From IMG/VR virus record IMGVR_UViG_3300017747_003012, positions 1-28,871 of that record: DNA of 28,871 nt. One strand, given 5' to 3'. A model generated the notes under the pieces. It saw nothing but the letters and a program-made list of their open reading frames with translations. It ran no database searches and was not told the DNA's origin. Made by a program: the position numbers and the translations under genes. Origin of the DNA: a virus. Its lineage: Duplodnaviria > Caudoviricetes. Of this stretch, positions 24,459 through 28,871 are shown piece after piece (within the stretch, counting starts at the first letter, position 1; each line of letters begins with the position of its first letter).

Positions 24459-25187
24459 ATGAGCAACCGCCCGGACAGCTTCATGCCGTTGTTTATCGGC
24501 GATTATCTTGCCGACACAATGCGCCTGACCCGTGACCAGCACGGCGGCTATCTGCTGCTCATCATGGACTACTGGCGGAGCGGTGAAGCGCCCCCCGATG
24601 ATGATGACATCCTGGCGACAATTACCAAAAGCACACCATCAGAATGGAAGAAACTGCGCGCGGTTTTGGCGAAGTTTTTTACCATCGGAGACGGCCTGTG
24701 GAAACACAAGCGCATTGAGATTGAGATGCAGAAAGCCGCAGAGAACTACGCTTCTAAGGTCGAAAGGGCTAAAGCCGGGGCTGCTGCACGCTGGGGCAAG
24801 AATGCTTCAAGCAATGCTCAAGCATCCGATCAGCAATGCTCAAGCAATGCGAACCACAACCACACTCCTACGGAGAAGAACCCTTCAGGTTCTTCTTCCG
24901 ATAGGAGGGCGAAGGGCAACGCTCGCGCGCCAAAGGGCGCAGCGCCGCCTTCGCCTCAAGTCGATTGGGCAGACGAGATCCCCCAGTGGAAAGCCTTCAA
25001 GGCGTCAATCCACCCAACTGAATGGCAGGTTTGGTTCTCTAATGCCCGTCCAAACGGCTCCACAGCCTCGCTGGTGGCCGAAACACCCTTCCAAGGTGCC
25101 GAGATAGCCGCCCGATACCTTTCGCGCCTCCAGACCCACTTCAAGGGCGAATTCGTTTTGAAGCTGAAAGACCCAAAAGGAGCCTAG
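24459..25187 (+). CDS. DUF1376/YdaU-like replication initiator
   Basis: FMPLFIGDYLADTMRLTRDQHGGYLLLIMDYW, WKHKRIE, GAAARW. Confidence 0.9.
   Translation: MSNRPDSFMPLFIGDYLADTMRLTRDQHGGYLLLIMDYWRSGEAPPDDDDILATITKSTPSEWKKLRAVLAKFFTIGDGLWKHKRIEIEMQKAAENYASKVERAKAGAAARWGKNASSNAQASDQQCSSNANHNHTPTEKNPSGSSSDRRAKGNARAPKGAAPPSPQVDWADEIPQWKAFKASIHPTEWQVWFSNARPNGSTASLVAETPFQGAEIAARYLSRLQTHFKGEFVLKLKDPKGA
24798..24852 (+). repeat. Five tandem 11-bp iteron-like repeats (putative ori)
   Basis: AAGAATGCTTC AAGCAATGCTC AAGCATCCGAT CAGCAATGCTC AAGCAATGCGA in the initiator linker. Confidence 0.75.
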
Positions 25188-25189
25188 CA

Positions 25190-25417
25190 ATGACTGACCT
25201 TGAACTCCTCGAAATCCTAGAGCGTCCAGCCTCCAACCTGGAGAAGGCGCTGGCTATCCGCACCTTGCTGAAGGTTGCGCAACCCTCCGCCTTTAACATC
25301 AAGCCGATTCAGCCCCGCAAAAAGCGGGCACAAAAGGCACCGGGAATAAAGGGGGGTATTCCCGGTGATTTGCTGAACGGGTCGGGGCATGTGGAAAACG
25401 AGGGGGGCGTGCAATGA
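25190..25417 (+). CDS. Hypothetical protein
   Basis: AAGGAG RBS. Confidence 0.6.
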   Translation: MTDLELLEILERPASNLEKALAIRTLLKVAQPSAFNIKPIQPRKKRAQKAPGIKGGIPGDLLNGSGHVENEGGVQ

Positions 25418-25773
25418 GCGGAGACAAGTTGACTCAGGCACACAAGGATTGGTGGCTCATCCCAGTCAGCCCGGACCATGACGGCAATCTGTTGGCTGGC
25501 CCCGCCGCTGAAATCATTGCTTGGCATATTGAGCCAGTTCTTAGCGACCTTCGGGGCGTCGAAGATTTCATATCAACCCCTGTGACAATCTACGGAACAA
25601 TTGACTTTGAATTCGGCGTGGTCCGGTCGGCCAACGGCAAGTTTTACTCGTCAGAAGTGGAGGGCGTTTATGACACGTTGGCTCAAATCATCACGGCCTT
25701 AGAGCCTGTCAGCCGTCTCCGCCTATATGCCCGACAAACGGTTGAAAGGAAGGCCAGCAAGAATGCCAATTGA
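25414..25773 (+). CDS. Hypothetical protein
   Basis: ATGA overlap. Confidence 0.6.
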   Translation: MSGDKLTQAHKDWWLIPVSPDHDGNLLAGPAAEIIAWHIEPVLSDLRGVEDFISTPVTIYGTIDFEFGVVRSANGKFYSSEVEGVYDTLAQIITALEPVSRLRLYARQTVERKASKNAN

Positions 25774-26038
25774 GTTCTGGAAAACGAATAACGGCGGGTG
25801 GTTCTGGACCACCCGCAGTGCCAACGGCGAAATTATTGCCGACAGCGCGGAGGTTTATTCCTCCCGCTCCAAAGCAGTGAACGGCGCACACGCAACAGCA
25901 GCGGAGTTTGAGAAGTGGCGAAAAGAAAACAAGCCGAAGACCCCCAAGGCAGCGACTTCGGCACGGTCGAAGCCCGCCGCCAAGCGTTCCACATCGTTGA
26001 GCAGCCAGACCCCGGCGACAGGGCGACGAGGCGGGTAA
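25763..26038 (+). CDS. DUF1508/YegP-like protein
   Basis: GGWFWTTRSANGEIIADSAEVYSSRSKA. Confidence 0.8.
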   Translation: MPIEFWKTNNGGWFWTTRSANGEIIADSAEVYSSRSKAVNGAHATAAEFEKWRKENKPKTPKAATSARSKPAAKRSTSLSSQTPATGRRGG

Positions 26039-26424
26039 GGGTGGAGCAGGACATGGTGGAATGGTATCTCAGACGCCAGTACATCACCGTCACCCAGGCT
26101 GACGCCCTCAAGAAATGGCAGGCGGATGCGTACCTTGCAGGCCTGATGCCTGCCTGTATCGGCGGCTATGGCCAGACCGTCAACGGCGGCACGACTGAGT
26201 TCTCAGACATGCGGGTAGCTGCTATCGCTCGACGGACCAACGCCATCATCTTCCTGACCAACTTGAGCCGTCACGCTGTGCCGATGGTTGACGCTGTGGC
26301 TATCAATGGCAAAAGCGCAGGGCGCTGGATCATGGAGCATGTGGGAGGTAGTCCGCATGAAGCTATGGTGTGGCTGCAGAGATTCACGGATGCTCTTGCC
26401 AGACATTACGGGTTAGCGAGATGA
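25915..26424 (+). CDS. Putative late-gene regulator (Q-like position)
   Basis: YLRRQYITVTQADA...LARHYG pattern; lies just before the late promoter; start uncertain. Confidence 0.55.
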   Translation: MAKRKQAEDPQGSDFGTVEARRQAFHIVEQPDPGDRATRRVRVEQDMVEWYLRRQYITVTQADALKKWQADAYLAGLMPACIGGYGQTVNGGTTEFSDMRVAAIARRTNAIIFLTNLSRHAVPMVDAVAINGKSAGRWIMEHVGGSPHEAMVWLQRFTDALARHYGLAR

Positions 26425-26693
26425 GCTACAGAGGTTCCTTCGTGACCGAGTACATCTACTGCGAGGATTGCGCGGCTGCGGTCAGGGAGTCGTTGGCGGG
26501 CTACGACTTGGCATCCCCTGTCGAGTCCGGCTCAATTATTGCAGGGTATGTGTCAGACGGGTCTTCGTCAGAGGCCGTTCACATTCTATGCGCCCACCTT
26601 GACAGGGCCAAACTGTGCAAAGGCCATTCTGTGACTGTCGCCGTGATGCCTGAAGGCGAGCGTAACAGGTTCTGGACATTCGAGGGACGTTAG
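26421..26693 (+). CDS. Hypothetical protein with CxxC
   Basis: ATGA overlap; YCEDC. Confidence 0.55.
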   Translation: MSYRGSFVTEYIYCEDCAAAVRESLAGYDLASPVESGSIIAGYVSDGSSSEAVHILCAHLDRAKLCKGHSVTVAVMPEGERNRFWTFEGR

Positions 26694-26711
26694 CCGCTAG
26701 GACAAATATCC

Positions 26712-26740
26712 TTGCGCAGCAAAAACCTCTAAAGCATAAA
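26712..26740 (+). promoter_or_regulatory. Putative late promoter
   Basis: TTGCGC-N17-CATAAA in an AT-rich intergenic stretch. Confidence 0.45.
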
Positions 26741-26803
26741 TAACGGAGTGGTCGAACTGTGTACTGATTCGGCCCTTCTTCCTTTGAACAGGGCAGATAA
26801 TTG

Positions 26804-26835
26804 AAGCCGGGGTGTTGCCGCATCCCGGTTTTTTT
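26804..26835 (+). terminator. Terminator in the late leader (tR'-like)
   Basis: AAGCCGGGGTG-TTGCCG-CATCCCGGTTT with a T7 run at 26829-26835, just before the RBS. Confidence 0.75.
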
Positions 26836-26856
26836 GCGTTTAAGGAGTGCTGACCA

Positions 26857-28443
26857 GTGGCTGACAGGACCATAGTTCTCGCCACGAACAAGAGGCATGC
26901 CGTCAGAGGACTGACGGTTGTTAACCCCCAGGAATTCAGCGCCTACCACGAAGAAAACGACGAACTCACCTATATCGTAGACATGTCCAGCTATCTGGAC
27001 GGTGCGACTATCTCCAGTGTCACGCGGACACCGACAGGCGTCACGGTTACAAACACCAGCAACACCACGACCCGGCTGACACAAAGGCTCAAGGGCTTCG
27101 GATACGTTGACTTCAAGGTCACGACATCCAGCGGGGACATTGAAGAATTCCGCATTACCATCCAGCCAAGAGCCGGAAGCGCTTTTTTTTTACCCAATAT
27201 AGCTAGTGTCCCGCAGAATACCGCGCAGTTTTTCGAGACTATTGCACAGGCTCAGGCCACAAACCCCGGTGACTCTGTAAATTACATTTGGGTGTCTGGC
27301 TACACGTCAGCGGCCGATGGCAGGGGCGGGCTTTACAAGCGAACCACAAGCGCCAGCAACCTTGACACGTTCACGACTGCGAACGGGGTTATCTTCGAGC
27401 GGTCCTACTACAAAACCACTATTTCGGCGCTGCCTGCTGATGACGGCTCAGCACACGCCACGATTGACACGTCATTCTCTGGCGACCTTAAGGGCGTCCG
27501 TTTCCCGGTTTATCACAAAGTCACGGGCACCAGTACATTAGGCCAGCCTGCGACGGGGTATGAATCAATCCCGGAGGCCATGCCGTTTTATATATGGCTG
27601 GACAACGAAAGCGGCTGGAACGAGTCCACTACGGGCAATGATGGGCGCACTGGTGTTGCCGCGCTTAGGGTTCGCCTTCAGAATGACGGTCAGGGCGACG
27701 TTTACGGCCTCTGGGTTACAGGTGGTATCAGCAGCACCAGGTCAGGTTCGACCAGTTTTCTGGCCAATCCGGCAGCAGTCATTGTCGGTGGCAACCTTGC
27801 TGCATCGGTAGACGGTGCATACCTAAACCCCGGCGAGTTCCTGTTGTCCGACAACGGAACGCGAGATATAGCCGCAGTCGGTTGGGTCGTGAACCTGAAC
27901 CGGACTGTGACCACGGGGGCAAAGGACGTTTTCTGGGCGGGCTACAAGGTCCAGAGCATCGGGTCAGGCTCTGTAGACGTAGCCTATAACGCCAAGGGTC
28001 CGTTTCGCTTCGGGCTTGACCTTTCATTCTGTGACTTCGGCGCGAACCAAGCAGCCATCACGCTCAAGGCTGACCAGCGCATTTATGGGAACGTCACTGC
28101 GACGGACGCAAGCGGCCTGAGCCGCTACCCGTCAGCGGTAAGCACGACCTACTTCACATATTCCTCAAGCCTGACAGCCTGGCACTTCGTGACCAGCAAC
28201 GTCAGCGCGCTGCAGATTTACAGCAACCAAGTCATTAGCCCTCTAGCCATTCGCACAGATACCGAATACCGCGTCTCGACGCTGAAGGTAGTAGGGGCCA
28301 GAGACACAGGCTGGACGGCAATGACCGGCACCAGCAACAAAAACACGGCCTACGACACCGCCACAGTCACCACTGCACAGCTTGCAGGCCGCGTCATGGC
28401 ATTGCAGGCCGCACTCACAACACACGGGCTTATCGGTGCTTAA
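26857..28443 (+). CDS. Fibre-like virion protein: N-terminal adaptor-like domain, tailspike-like linker, C-terminal P22 gp26-like tip
   Basis: TAAGGAG RBS; ELTYIVDMSSYLDGATISSV; VSGYTSAADGRGGLY; KVVGARDTGWTAMTGTSNK...ALQAALTTHGLIG. Confidence 0.75.
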   Translation: MADRTIVLATNKRHAVRGLTVVNPQEFSAYHEENDELTYIVDMSSYLDGATISSVTRTPTGVTVTNTSNTTTRLTQRLKGFGYVDFKVTTSSGDIEEFRITIQPRAGSAFFLPNIASVPQNTAQFFETIAQAQATNPGDSVNYIWVSGYTSAADGRGGLYKRTTSASNLDTFTTANGVIFERSYYKTTISALPADDGSAHATIDTSFSGDLKGVRFPVYHKVTGTSTLGQPATGYESIPEAMPFYIWLDNESGWNESTTGNDGRTGVAALRVRLQNDGQGDVYGLWVTGGISSTRSGSTSFLANPAAVIVGGNLAASVDGAYLNPGEFLLSDNGTRDIAAVGWVVNLNRTVTTGAKDVFWAGYKVQSIGSGSVDVAYNAKGPFRFGLDLSFCDFGANQAAITLKADQRIYGNVTATDASGLSRYPSAVSTTYFTYSSSLTAWHFVTSNVSALQIYSNQVISPLAIRTDTEYRVSTLKVVGARDTGWTAMTGTSNKNTAYDTATVTTAQLAGRVMALQAALTTHGLIGA

Positions 28444-28615
28444 GATCGACCTGACACACGAAGAAGCATCCTTAGTCGGCGCTGCTCTCGCGAACATGCC
28501 TTATCGCCAAGTAGCTCAGTTGCTTGCCAACCTCGAGCAGCAGATCAGGGCGCAGGTAAGCAACAGCAACGCGCAAGACGAACAGCGCAATAATATTTCA
28601 ACATCAAATAGTTAG
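28436..28615 (+). CDS. Small helical protein downstream of fibre gene
   Basis: GTG start; IDLTHEEASLVGAALANMPYRQVAQLL. Confidence 0.6.
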   Translation: MLKIDLTHEEASLVGAALANMPYRQVAQLLANLEQQIRAQVSNSNAQDEQRNNISTSNS

Positions 28616-28629
28616 GCAAAGATTAGGGC

Positions 28630-28871
28630 ATGTCAGGTTTAGGCAGGAAGTCGGACAAGAGATGGCGTGATGCGCTCATCCTCGCGACAACCAGAACTGA
28701 CGCCGAAGGCCGCACGATGCTGGCCAAGATAGCGCAGAAATGCGTGGAAGCAGCCGTTGAAGGCGACATGCAGGCCATCAAGGAAATCGGCGACCGCATT
28801 GACGGCAAGGCCCCGCAGAGCCTGGACGTAACAACGACACATGAGCGCGCAGTCTCAGAACTCACCGACGC
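28630..28871 (+). CDS. Putative terminase small subunit, 3' truncated (not in ORF track)
   Basis: MSGLGRKSDKRWRDAL...AVEGDMQAIKEIGDRIDGKAPQSLDV. Confidence 0.7.
   Translation, partial: MSGLGRKSDKRWRDALILATTRTDAEGRTMLAKIAQKCVEAAVEGDMQAIKEIGDRIDGKAPQSLDVTTTHERAVSELTD

Noticed and set aside
25915-26038. 124-nt overlap of the DUF1508-like gene and the Q-like gene as an overprinting event
   Set aside because: The downstream start is uncertain (GTG 26041 or ATG 26053 are possible) and the DUF1508 tail looks like low-information run-on

Overview
The window is most of a temperate, P22-like (podovirus-type) phage genome, probably from an alphaproteobacterial host (inferred from gene families and regulatory motifs). 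It is in the excised, circularly permuted attP state. Order: 3' end of an N4-gp56/DUF4043-type major capsid gene, head completion, gp10-like tail hub, three DNA-ejection genes, tail fibre, a split lysis region (M15 endolysin, holin candidates, Rz/Rz1 spanins), attP, tyrosine integrase, a leftward early operon (C5 methyltransferase-like, TGT/DpdA-like, ERF, two HNH), a lambda-like cI/cro switch with 17-bp operators, RusA, a DUF1376 initiator with internal iterons, a Q-like late regulator with a terminated leader, a fibre gene ending in a P22 gp26-like tip, and the start of terS. Best leads: (1) an AspH-type 2OG-Fe(II) hydroxylase plus GNAT pair embedded directly before the ejection proteins; (2) a pre-terS adaptor-fibre-needle-tip fusion with an in-frame U_UUU_UUA slippery site at the domain boundary; (3) a direct-repeat-flanked orphan TGT/DpdA-like cassette beside a methyltransferase; (4) small antisense membrane-protein genes missing from the ORF track; (5) hairpins with anti-Shine-Dalgarno loops. 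All family calls are motif recognition by eye, not database results.
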